DNA of 64,000 nucleotides, taken from the IMG/VR virus record IMGVR_UViG_3300028392_000061. The stretch is one strand, 5' to 3'. The notes under the pieces are model-generated. The model did not search any database, was not told where the DNA came from, and saw nothing but the letters and a program-made list of their open reading frames with translations. A program made the position numbers and the translations under genes. This stretch comes from an uncultured virus (IMG/VR IMGVR_UViG_3300028392_000061). Taxonomy: Duplodnaviria; Heunggongvirae; Uroviricota; Caudoviricetes. Position 1 is the stretch's first letter; each line of letters begins with the position of its first letter. Positions 8,743 through 16,109 of this stretch are shown in pieces.

Positions 8743-9240
8743 TTATGCAGGCCACTTTGGGCGACCAACACCCATTACAAGAGAATATGCTCTTGTCTTT
8801 TTAAAAGCACCATCACCATTTGCTTGTGATCCTTTTGTATCTCCTGATGTATTTCCTTCATATGTAACTAACTTACCTTTGCCGTCGTTAGAAACCACAA
8901 TTCCAACATGCTCTGTATCTGTTGGTGTCTTATCAAAATTAAAAAATACAACATCTCCTGGTTCTGCTTTTCCTACTGGAACAGTTTGTTTATTTTTAGC
9001 AAACCATTGATATCCAACATCACATGAAGCAAAACCCTTTTTTGTTGAAGCAGCAACTAAACTAACTAATCCTGCATCATCAAAGCATCCCGACACAAAC
9101 ATTGCACACCATGGTTGATGATTCATACCATAGCGTTTTCCAAAAATTGTATCGTTATTTGGTCCTTCTGTGTATTTTTCATCAATATATTTCTTTGCTG
9201 CTGCAAGAACTTTTGCTGCATTTGCATTTACTTCTGCCAT
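8743..9240 (-). CDS. CHAP-domain peptidoglycan hydrolase (endolysin-like)
   Basis: PWCAMFVS, PGDVVFF, HVGIV, EGNT. Confidence 0.9.
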   Translation of the reverse strand: MAEVNANAAKVLAAAKKYIDEKYTEGPNNDTIFGKRYGMNHQPWCAMFVSGCFDDAGLVSLVAASTKKGFASCDVGYQWFAKNKQTVPVGKAEPGDVVFFNFDKTPTDTEHVGIVVSNDGKGKLVTYEGNTSGDTKGSQANGDGAFKKTRAYSLVMGVGRPKWPA

Positions 9241-9241
9241 T

Positions 9242-9697
9242 TTATTTCTCCTTTAATATTTTTACTATTTCATGAAATTTATCAAAATTACAAACGTTTC
9301 TTCCAAAGTTTGCAAATCTTGATGTGATTACTATATTGTCTTTTGTATAATCACCATTTGCATCTATTTTATCAATAGAAGGGGCTAAAGGATGTTTAGG
9401 CATCCAATCAGGGTGATCCTTGTATAGTAGTCCTAAATCTAATTGTACACCAAACCAATAACAACGCCCGTCTTGTTTTTCCCAAATTTCTTTTAATTCT
9501 TCTGGTGTAACTATAATTTTTGCTGGTATCCAAGGTCTTTGATTTTCTCCAGAGGGCCCGCCAACTGATGACCCTTTGCCTTCCATTCTTCTTTTATTTG
9601 TTGAAGAATTTATGACATTCCAATTACCATCTCTATCTTGCCTAACACCATTAGACAAAATAGATGACCATAACTTTTTAAAATAATCTCTTTTCAT
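9242..9697 (-). CDS. HNH-like (beta-beta-alpha-Me) endonuclease
   Basis: QDGRCYW...PSIDKIDANGDYTKDNIV...N motif; AGAAAGG SD before ATG 9697. Confidence 0.75.
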   Translation of the reverse strand: MKRDYFKKLWSSILSNGVRQDRDGNWNVINSSTNKRRMEGKGSSVGGPSGENQRPWIPAKIIVTPEELKEIWEKQDGRCYWFGVQLDLGLLYKDHPDWMPKHPLAPSIDKIDANGDYTKDNIVITSRFANFGRNVCNFDKFHEIVKILKEK

Positions 9698-9709
9698 TTT
9701 ACCTTTCTG

Positions 9710-9780
9710 TACCCCCGACACGATTCGAACGTGCGTCCAACGGGTAGAAACCGTATGCTCATCCACTGAGCTACGGGGGC
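9710..9780 (-). tRNA. tRNA-Arg(TCT)
   Basis: GCCCCCG/CGGGGGT acceptor, GCTC/GAGC D arm, TT-TCT-AC loop, TTCGAAT T loop. Confidence 0.93.
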
Positions 9781-9784
9781 AAAC

Positions 9785-9810
9785 ATAAAAGGCCCCGTAG
9801 GACCTTTTAT
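9785..9810 (-). terminator. terminator-like hairpin downstream of dps
   Basis: ATAAAAGGTCC-TACG-GGGCCTTTTAT. Confidence 0.65.
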
Positions 9811-9835
9811 ATAAATCAAAACATTGACTTATTAA

Positions 9836-10285
9836 TTACATTATAGTTGTTTTAATTGATGCTGTCAATTGCCAATTCCAAAATTCATGCTTTGTTAATC
9901 TATCAGCAAAAAAATTAAGAACTGATTGTTCACGAGATGCATCTGCAACATCGCATGCTACTTTTAATTTTTCAATAATATGATTGTTTGTAGTAATTAA
10001 TTCAAGATACATCTGTGTGGCACTTAGATCAAGCGAATCATTAATTTCAATATCGCTATTTGCTTTTAGTTGAGCTAACCCAAATGGTGCCTTTGCATTT
10101 AATTTACGAATATTTTCTGCATAATCGTCAATTGAATCAAATAGATCTTCGTAAATTTCTAAGAAAAATGCGTGATCTTGCTTAAACATACGACCTTCTA
10201 CATTCCAGTGATAGCCATGTGATTGTGCATACATGTTCATTGAATCTGCTTGCAATTCTTTTAATACTTTAATTAATGCTTCCAT
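9836..10285 (-). CDS. dps: Dps/ferritin-like DNA protection protein
   Basis: HGYHWNVEG..F...H...E...D..AE ferroxidase pattern. Confidence 0.93.
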   Translation of the reverse strand: MEALIKVLKELQADSMNMYAQSHGYHWNVEGRMFKQDHAFFLEIYEDLFDSIDDYAENIRKLNAKAPFGLAQLKANSDIEINDSLDLSATQMYLELITTNNHIIEKLKVACDVADASREQSVLNFFADRLTKHEFWNWQLTASIKTTIM

Positions 10286-10299
10286 GTATTTATTATACC

Positions 10300-10446
10300 C
10301 TAATTGTTAAGAGGGGCAATTTTAACAAACCCCGTTTTTTTCTTGTTCATTGAGCCTGGTTTCTTAAATCCTGGCTTATTTGGAGTCTTAGCAATACGCA
10401 CTTCAAGTGCCGCTTTGATCTTCATTTGATTCTTTTTGCTTCCCAT
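10300..10446 (-). CDS. small Lys-rich protein (48 aa, MGSKKNQMKIKAALEVRIAKTPNKPGFKKPGSMNKKK...)
   Basis: Read by hand; AAAGGAG SD and a consensus promoter upstream. Confidence 0.75.
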   Translation of the reverse strand: MGSKKNQMKIKAALEVRIAKTPNKPGFKKPGSMNKKKTGFVKIAPLNN

Positions 10447-10470
10447 GATTCTCCTTTATTGGTTACTTTT

Positions 10471-10500
10471 ATTATATTACATTTATTATATTTTTGTCAA
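10471..10500 (-). promoter_or_regulatory. consensus SigA promoter
   Basis: TTGACA-18 nt-TATAAT. Confidence 0.85.
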
Positions 10501-10544
10501 CAAATCTTGGTATATGAGATAAATTGTTGTATAATTAGTCTATC

Positions 10545-10841
10545 ATGTCATCTGTTAACATATTACTTATTGTTGGTGCTGCAGCAACTGCAATCGCATC
10601 TATTGGATTTATTTTACATAAAATATACAATTTTATTAAATCTATGACTAGGTTTATGGATGACTGGTACGGTACAGAAGATTATCCAGGTGTTGTAGAA
10701 AGACTAGCACACGGTAATGCGAGATTTGATTATATTGAAAAAGAAATCAGCGTAGTTAAAGCTGAATTATTTAATAACGGCGGATCATCATTGCGTGATT
10801 CAATTGATAGAATTGAAGAAGCCGTAACTAAAAAGAAATAA
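10545..10841 (+). CDS. single-TM membrane protein with C-terminal NGGSSLRD motif
   Basis: N-terminal TM, coiled coil, ELFNNGGSSLRDSIDRIE; TATAAT just upstream. Confidence 0.8.
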   Translation: MSSVNILLIVGAAATAIASIGFILHKIYNFIKSMTRFMDDWYGTEDYPGVVERLAHGNARFDYIEKEISVVKAELFNNGGSSLRDSIDRIEEAVTKKK

Positions 10842-10845
10842 TAAA

Positions 10846-10912
10846 GAGCAGTTTTTGTTTGGGGCTTGCTCAGGCCCCTAATCTGCGACTCCCCGATGAA
10901 GGGGTGCAGATT
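10846..10912 (-). ncRNA. candidate structured RNA: hairpin plus H-type pseudoknot
   Basis: AATCTGC/GCAGATT and CCCC/GGGG stems; GGGGC/GCCCC stem whose loop GAGCA pairs with TGCTC after an A-rich linker; TATAAT at 10921-10916. Confidence 0.55.
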
Positions 10913-10925
10913 TATATTATATACC

Positions 10926-11360
10926 TTATTTTATTTTAATGGTCTTAGGCTTAGCTTCCTCGGGAAGTTCCCGTTCAATATTAATTGAAAGTAATCCATT
11001 ATCAAGTGAAGCAGATTTAACAATCATATATTCGCCTAATGTAAAATGTTGAGTAAAGTTACGTCCAGCAATTCCACGATGCAAGAAATCAGACTTTTCA
11101 TCTTTTTCCTTTTCGCTTTTAATTGTTAATGTATCTTTTTCCACTTTAATTTCAAGGTCTTCACGAGAATATCCCGCAACTGCAAGTTCAATTATATAAT
11201 TGTCCTCGTCAACCTTTTTTACATTATATGGTGGGAATTGAGATGTTGTTTTTTTATTTGATTCCCATCTTACAAATTGATCATTAAATCCTAGAAAGAA
11301 AGGATCATTGAAAATAGATTGAATTTGTACAAATGGGTCTATATATTTTAGATGTGTCAT
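10926..11360 (-). CDS. small heat-shock protein (Hsp20/IbpA family)
   Basis: FPPYNV, IELAVAGY, FLHRGIAGRNF, NGLLSI. Confidence 0.95.
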   Translation of the reverse strand: MTHLKYIDPFVQIQSIFNDPFFLGFNDQFVRWESNKKTTSQFPPYNVKKVDEDNYIIELAVAGYSREDLEIKVEKDTLTIKSEKEKDEKSDFLHRGIAGRNFTQHFTLGEYMIVKSASLDNGLLSINIERELPEEAKPKTIKIK

Positions 11361-11420
11361 TTTTTACTTGCTCCTTTTCAGCGAGTTAGTTAGATTCAGA
11401 ACCCTTACGGCATTCTGTAA
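11361..11420 (-). promoter_or_regulatory. ROSE-like RNA thermometer in hsp20 5' UTR
   Basis: CTCGCT-GAAA-AGGAG pairs the SD with a bulged G; upstream CAGAATGCC-GTAA-GGGTTCTG hairpin; TGATATAAT -10 just upstream. Confidence 0.7.
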
Positions 11421-11437
11421 ATATATTATATCACAAA

Positions 11438-12475
11438 CTATGAATTAGATCTACCGTGTTGATCTGAACGGTTTCCATACCCCGCTGATGGCTGTCCATC
11501 TCTCTGTGGTGGTGAATTATATGTTGATTTCCATCCAGTGTCTCCCATGCGATCACCAAAGTTTGTTCCAGAAACTATATCCCCTGTTGGTTCAAATACG
11601 CCATCCCAAATAGATGTTGAATCTTTTGTTGGAACAGGATCTCCGCCTTTTACAATAGGCTCATTTACTGCAATTGCAGACATAGCTTCTTCTGCATGTG
11701 CTTTAGTTGTATAACAACCAATTACTTGACCAGTTCCTACTTTAGTAATAGCATATCCGCCTTGGCAATCTGGAACATTGTATTCAAGTTTAAATCCATT
11801 GCCCCCGCCTAATCTTCCAGCGCCTGCTGATTCTTTTTCAATTTTATTTTCTCTATTGACTATTGCACGAGACCATGCAAATCCTGCATCTCCGCCCCAA
11901 GCATTCCACATAATCTTTCCATTAGAAGGATCATTCCAGTTCTTTCCTTTTTTATCAACTTCGTGTCTTGAAAAGAAAGAGTACATTCTTTTAACTGTAT
12001 CAAGAGACATTGATCTACCTGCAACAATATCGCTTGCACGACCCCAACCTACGGGTGTTCCTGCTCCAGTTGCTAAACCTGCGTCTCTCCATTTTAATGC
12101 ACGACGTGCTGCTGCTTTCATACCTGCATTTGGTTGATAACCACCATCAGCTTTTTTGACGGGAATACAATTAGGAACAGTCTTCCCATCTTTATCTTTA
12201 GTTCCAGCATATTCATAGCCTTCCCAACATGGGCCTTGACCTTTTTCAATACATGACATACATTTTTCTGTATCTGAAATATAATGATGATCATTTCCTA
12301 AATCATCGCATCCGCAAGTCATACACTTTTTTACGCTTGCTTCTGGTTCATTGGCGTACAAAGCCGCCATTTGTGCTTGTGCTTTTTGCTTGCTTGGGTG
12401 TGTCCCAGCAACGTGTCCAGTATTTTGTGCTACTACTGAAAACTTATCTCCGTGTTGAATAATTTTATATGGCAT
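11438..12475 (-). CDS. modular protein (duplicated small domain, Cys modules, helical domain, SIWDGVF motif); probably head-associated
   Basis: AGGAG SD before ATG 12475 (MPYKII); longer track start overlaps tRNAs. Confidence 0.8.
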   Translation of the reverse strand: MPYKIIQHGDKFSVVAQNTGHVAGTHPSKQKAQAQMAALYANEPEASVKKCMTCGCDDLGNDHHYISDTEKCMSCIEKGQGPCWEGYEYAGTKDKDGKTVPNCIPVKKADGGYQPNAGMKAAARRALKWRDAGLATGAGTPVGWGRASDIVAGRSMSLDTVKRMYSFFSRHEVDKKGKNWNDPSNGKIMWNAWGGDAGFAWSRAIVNRENKIEKESAGAGRLGGGNGFKLEYNVPDCQGGYAITKVGTGQVIGCYTTKAHAEEAMSAIAVNEPIVKGGDPVPTKDSTSIWDGVFEPTGDIVSGTNFGDRMGDTGWKSTYNSPPQRDGQPSAGYGNRSDQHGRSNS

Positions 12476-12499
12476 GATACTCCTATTATAACATATTTG

Positions 12500-12570
12500 C
12501 TCCCTGACCTGGACTCGAACCAAGATACCCGCCTCCAAAGGGCGGTGTCCTACCGTTAGACGATCTGGGA
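12500..12570 (-). tRNA. tRNA-Gln(TTG)
   Basis: TCCCAGA/TCAGGGA acceptor (one mismatch), CCGCC-CTTTGGA-GGCGG, TTCGAGT T loop. Confidence 0.92.
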
Positions 12571-12575
12571 ATATG

Positions 12576-12646
12576 AGCGAATAGCGAGAATTGAACTCGC
12601 ACATTAACCTTGGCAAGGTTACGCACTACCACTATGCAATATTCGC
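12576..12646 (-). tRNA. tRNA-Gly(GCC)
   Basis: GCGAATA/TATTCGC, TAACC-TTGCCAA-GGTTA, GCGAG-TTCAATT-CTCGC. Confidence 0.95.
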
Positions 12647-12649
12647 AGG

Positions 12650-12761
12650 GGCTATAGGTAGTATTCCAGCACCAAATGACGCTGCCCTATCTCACCCAAA
12701 CTCTTACGTATCGGGTCTGTTATATGTAACTATACCATTCTAAGGTGTGCTACCTATAGCC
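12650..12761 (-). ncRNA. unidentified 112-nt multi-stem RNA in tRNA cluster
   Basis: Perfect 12-bp closing stem GGCTATAGGTAG/CTACCTATAGCC enclosing four hairpins; 3 nt from the tRNA on each side. Confidence 0.75.
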
Positions 12762-12764
12762 TTG

Positions 12765-12838
12765 TAGAACAGGTAGGACTCGAACCTACGATTACCGAAT
12801 TATGAGTTCGGGGCTTTAACCAACTAAGCTACTGTTCC
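12765..12838 (-). tRNA. tRNA with CAT anticodon (elongator Met or Ile2)
   Basis: GGAACAG/CTGTTCT, CCGAA-CTCATAA-TTCGG, GTAGG-TTCGAGT-CCTAC; no initiator GGG/CCC anticodon stem. Confidence 0.92.
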
Positions 12839-12848
12839 TAAAAAAATA

Positions 12849-13091
12849 TTAGTAATCTTTGCCTTTTGATTTATTTTCTATTAACTTATCTCTTTCATCA
12901 ATAGTTTCATATGCAAACTTTGATAAAGCTTCTTCATTTTGATTATAGTGGTGTCCGCAAAACATTAGTTGTCCTGTTACACCTTTTACTAAAACCAAAG
13001 CTTCTGCAGAACATTGATCACAACGATCAAGTGGACTTAATAAATATTTTACTTCTTCTACAATTTCTTTAATTTCTGCTGTCATATTCAT
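12849..13091 (-). CDS. small Zn-binding protein (DRCDQC...FCGHH)
   Basis: CxxC...CxHH motif. Confidence 0.8.
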   Translation of the reverse strand: MNMTAEIKEIVEEVKYLLSPLDRCDQCSAEALVLVKGVTGQLMFCGHHYNQNEEALSKFAYETIDERDKLIENKSKGKDY

Positions 13092-13126
13092 AATTATACT
13101 CTTTCTAGTAGTTGGTTAATAATTTG

Positions 13127-13198
13127 CTGGTCTGGCAGGCCTCGATCCTGCGACTTCCGAATTAACAGTTCGGCATTCTACCACTGAATTACAGACCA
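13127..13198 (-). tRNA. tRNA-Asn(GTT)
   Basis: TGGTCTG/CAGACCA, CCGAA-CTGTTAA-TTCGG, atypical T loop ATCGAGG. Confidence 0.9.
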
Positions 13199-13203
13199 AT
13201 GAC

Positions 13204-13491
13204 TTACTCTACTTTACCAAATGGATTCTTGTCAATCATTTTTAACAAATCATCTGGACTATTAATTAAACGACGTTGCGCTTCAAATTTTCCAAGTTGT
13301 ACTATTTCATCAGCAATTGTATGCATCATATCAAGTAAACCTAACGCATATCTTTTATTTTTTGGATCTGCTTCTTCAACTTCTGCTTGCATATTTACAG
13401 CAGATTGTGTAAAATATTCGCAAAGTTGTGTAAGCGAAATATAAATATCTTGATCATCTTCAATTGTTTTCATTGTGCCATTTGCTAGCAT
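13204..13491 (-). CDS. hypothetical protein
   Basis: AAAGGA SD; promoter upstream. Confidence 0.75.
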   Translation of the reverse strand: MLANGTMKTIEDDQDIYISLTQLCEYFTQSAVNMQAEVEEADPKNKRYALGLLDMMHTIADEIVQLGKFEAQRRLINSPDDLLKMIDKNPFGKVE

Positions 13492-13521
13492 ATTTTTCCT
13501 TTGTTAGTAGTTATAGGTGTT

Positions 13522-13550
13522 ATTCTATCAGAGCACACGCATGCTGTCAA
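13522..13550 (-). promoter_or_regulatory. SigA-type promoter upstream of tRNA region
   Basis: TTGACA-17 nt-TAGAAT with TG extension. Confidence 0.7.
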
Positions 13551-15375
13551 TAGGGAATTCATCTTCATCTTCTTCTATTCCTAGATAGTTCCGCAAACTT
13601 GATGGCATCTCTTCCCTATCTGGAAGTTTAATAGTTCTATTTCTAATTAATCTTTCATCTGATTCTTTTCTTAATTGATCAAGTTCATCTGAAAAAACAC
13701 CAGCATAAGTATAAAGTTCTACTTCAGGGTCTATGTCCCTAGGGGTTAGGGCTACCGAGTTGTAGATAGCCCCGCAGACGGCATCTGAGAGGTCCTTAGA
13801 GCCTTTTCTAGGGTGGTCTACCTTATCCTTTACAATGCGTAGTTGAAGCAGTTCATCAACCAGCAGTTGAATTCTGGGCCCATCTACACGTTCTTCGGTA
13901 ATACAAAGAGACATATCTTCATAGTGCTTTTTAGCAACTGATAATGTTTGACAATTCATGCCATGAGCTTTTAACTGTTGCATCATATCGTGTGAATTCC
14001 AACGGTCAAATGTAACCATTTTAATATTAAAACCACGTTCTCTTAAACTAATTATATAATCTTTTACTTCTGTAAAATCTACTGATTTTGATGCTGTTGG
14101 TGTCCAAAATCTGACTGCATCTACTATAATACGTGGGGCAGCTTCTTTCATCTTATCCCCAATTTTCATTGTAACCCAATTATGAACATGTGCCAGTGCG
14201 ACTGCACAGTGGTCATGCTTTTGTGCAAGGTCAACGTGAATGTAATACCATTTTTCTGAATTTGGTTTGAATGTATCAGCAAAGCGTCCATATGAATCTA
14301 CATTTAAATTAGGATTTGAAAATGCTTTTTCAATTACTGCACGATTTTTAAAGAAAGCATCTGTTGCATCTGGTGGCATACATGCAAAACGAGATAGCGC
14401 ATCTGTTGGGTCTGTATAAAAATCAATAGTAAAATCAGTTATTTTACGTGTAGGGTTTACTTCCCATGTTGGTCTTTTAAGTGCATATACTCTCGGAATC
14501 TTGTAGGAAACAATGTGGTCTTCTTCCCATTCCATTTCAAATTCATTGCCTTCCATTCCATCTGGCAGTTCTGGATCTACTTTAAATTTCCAATGACGTA
14601 ATACAACTTCTTTTTCAGCAATAACATCATTATATCTTTGTTGAATGTAATCGTTTTTAAAACGTGGAAATGAAAGCAATATTACTTTACCAAAATCTGG
14701 AAAACGAGAGTTTACGGATGCACGATACATTTTATAAATAGATGATGCTGTTTTTGCTTGTTCATTTCCAGATGTTGATTCCAAATCAAAACCTGAAATT
14801 TCGTCAAGAATAACAACAAGAACGTTATATCCTTCCCAAGCTTCTCTTTCAGAGTGACCTGAGTGAACTGTAACACCTTTATCAAATTCAACCATGTTGG
14901 CCTTTGATATGTATTTGCCTTGAAACCAAGGTGACTTTTCAATACGCTGATTAAAGCCTTTAAAGAATACTCGGTTTGCTTGAACAGCGTTAATAGCAAT
15001 ATTAATAATATCAATTGCATCGCCTGGTGGCTTTCCATAATACCTAGCGGGGTCTGTAAGGCAAAGAAGTAAGTGCACCATATATGCACAAGCAATTGTA
15101 GATGTATAGTCCTTACCAGAACCCTTACCCAGCTGTAGAATAACTTCATTACATGTTTGTTTAAAGATCTTTCGACCTTCATCTTCCCCGTAAATTTTAA
15201 TTAAGGTTTCTAACTTATAAATTTGAGTAGATGCTTTAATCATTGTGTATTGATGTTCTGATAAAGGAGGCAATCCTAAATAATCTTTACCTGTTACAAA
15301 TTCTTCAAGTGGTGCTGGTTTTTCTACAAATTCATCACCTTCAAGTGCATCTAAAAAGATATTGAATTCTGACAT
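13528..15375 (-). CDS. terL: terminase large subunit
   Basis: Walker A GKGSGKD, Walker B VILDE, nuclease HVDLA, DHP..GSKDLSDA. Confidence 0.93.
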   Translation of the reverse strand: MSEFNIFLDALEGDEFVEKPAPLEEFVTGKDYLGLPPLSEHQYTMIKASTQIYKLETLIKIYGEDEGRKIFKQTCNEVILQLGKGSGKDYTSTIACAYMVHLLLCLTDPARYYGKPPGDAIDIINIAINAVQANRVFFKGFNQRIEKSPWFQGKYISKANMVEFDKGVTVHSGHSEREAWEGYNVLVVILDEISGFDLESTSGNEQAKTASSIYKMYRASVNSRFPDFGKVILLSFPRFKNDYIQQRYNDVIAEKEVVLRHWKFKVDPELPDGMEGNEFEMEWEEDHIVSYKIPRVYALKRPTWEVNPTRKITDFTIDFYTDPTDALSRFACMPPDATDAFFKNRAVIEKAFSNPNLNVDSYGRFADTFKPNSEKWYYIHVDLAQKHDHCAVALAHVHNWVTMKIGDKMKEAAPRIIVDAVRFWTPTASKSVDFTEVKDYIISLRERGFNIKMVTFDRWNSHDMMQQLKAHGMNCQTLSVAKKHYEDMSLCITEERVDGPRIQLLVDELLQLRIVKDKVDHPRKGSKDLSDAVCGAIYNSVALTPRDIDPEVELYTYAGVFSDELDQLRKESDERLIRNRTIKLPDREEMPSSLRNYLGIEEDEDEFPIDSMRVL

Positions 15376-15899
15376 TAGTCTACTATTACTGCTTCAATTT
15401 GTCCTGTAACCTGAGATAATCTTTTGGAAACTTCCCACTTACAGTGTTCACATTTTGCAGTAACATCCTTTAATATTCCAACTAACAAATCTTGTTTTCT
15501 TTCTGACTCTAATATCTGATCAGCCATAGAATCACTTTCAAGGACTCCCGCTTTATTAAGCATATCAATACGTTTAGCTTCAATGTCAGCAATAAGTTTT
15601 AATGCTGCATTTTTTGTATTAAGTTCTGATGCAACACCAGCCTCATGAACAACATCCCAAGCTTCTTTAATAAGCATATTGTAATGCTCATCTGCTCCAG
15701 CAAGTGCTTCTTTAGCACGTTCACGGATAACCTTGCTATCTTGCACAAAATTTTTCCAACTTTTTACATGGTTTTCTACTTGAACTCTAGTCAGTCCCAA
15801 GTTGCTTGCAATCTTTGCGGGGGAGTTGCCCTTGAGCAATTCCTCTACAACTTTATTCATCTGATCAAACTGACCAGCAAGTTCTATTGAGTTATCCAT
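15375..15899 (-). CDS. probable terminase small subunit (N-terminal HTH)
   Basis: HTH-like SPAKIASNLGLTRVQV; helical; directly upstream of terL. Confidence 0.65.
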   Translation of the reverse strand: MDNSIELAGQFDQMNKVVEELLKGNSPAKIASNLGLTRVQVENHVKSWKNFVQDSKVIRERAKEALAGADEHYNMLIKEAWDVVHEAGVASELNTKNAALKLIADIEAKRIDMLNKAGVLESDSMADQILESERKQDLLVGILKDVTAKCEHCKWEVSKRLSQVTGQIEAVIVD

Positions 15900-16074
15900 T
15901 ATCTGTTTTATAAAACCCTGACCCTTTAAATTGTATGCCAAAATTTTTAGATATAACTCTGTGCATATATGACCCACATGGGCATGTTAGTGATAAATCT
16001 CTATCATCTATTGATCTATTTTCTTCAATAATGTGAGCTTCATCATCTGAACATTTATACTCATATGTAGGCAT
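15892..16074 (-). CDS. FmdB-family zinc-ribbon protein
   Basis: MPTYEYKC...CPCG...FKGSGFYKTD. Confidence 0.88.
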   Translation of the reverse strand: MPTYEYKCSDDEAHIIEENRSIDDRDLSLTCPCGSYMHRVISKNFGIQFKGSGFYKTDNG

Positions 16075-16079
16075 ATTTA

Positions 16080-16109
16080 ATTATACCTCTTTTACCCTAT
16101 TCTTGTCAA
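16080..16109 (-). promoter_or_regulatory. SigA promoter, leaderless start for FmdB-terminase operon
   Basis: TTGACA-18 nt-TATAAT-5 nt-ATG. Confidence 0.75.

Noticed and set aside
9698..9766. N-terminal extension of ORF 9242-9766
   Set aside because: Overlaps tRNA-Arg; SD supports ATG 9697.
10846..10878. preQ1-I riboswitch
   Set aside because: Similar stem and A-rich tail, but the loop does not match the preQ1 consensus and no gene lies directly downstream on that strand.
12476..12616. N-terminal extension of ORF 11438-12616
   Set aside because: Runs through tRNA-Gln and tRNA-Gly; SD and -10 box support ATG 12475.
12650..12761. tRNA, pseudo-tRNA or tmRNA call
   Set aside because: 12-bp closing stem, no canonical D/anticodon/T order, far too short for tmRNA.
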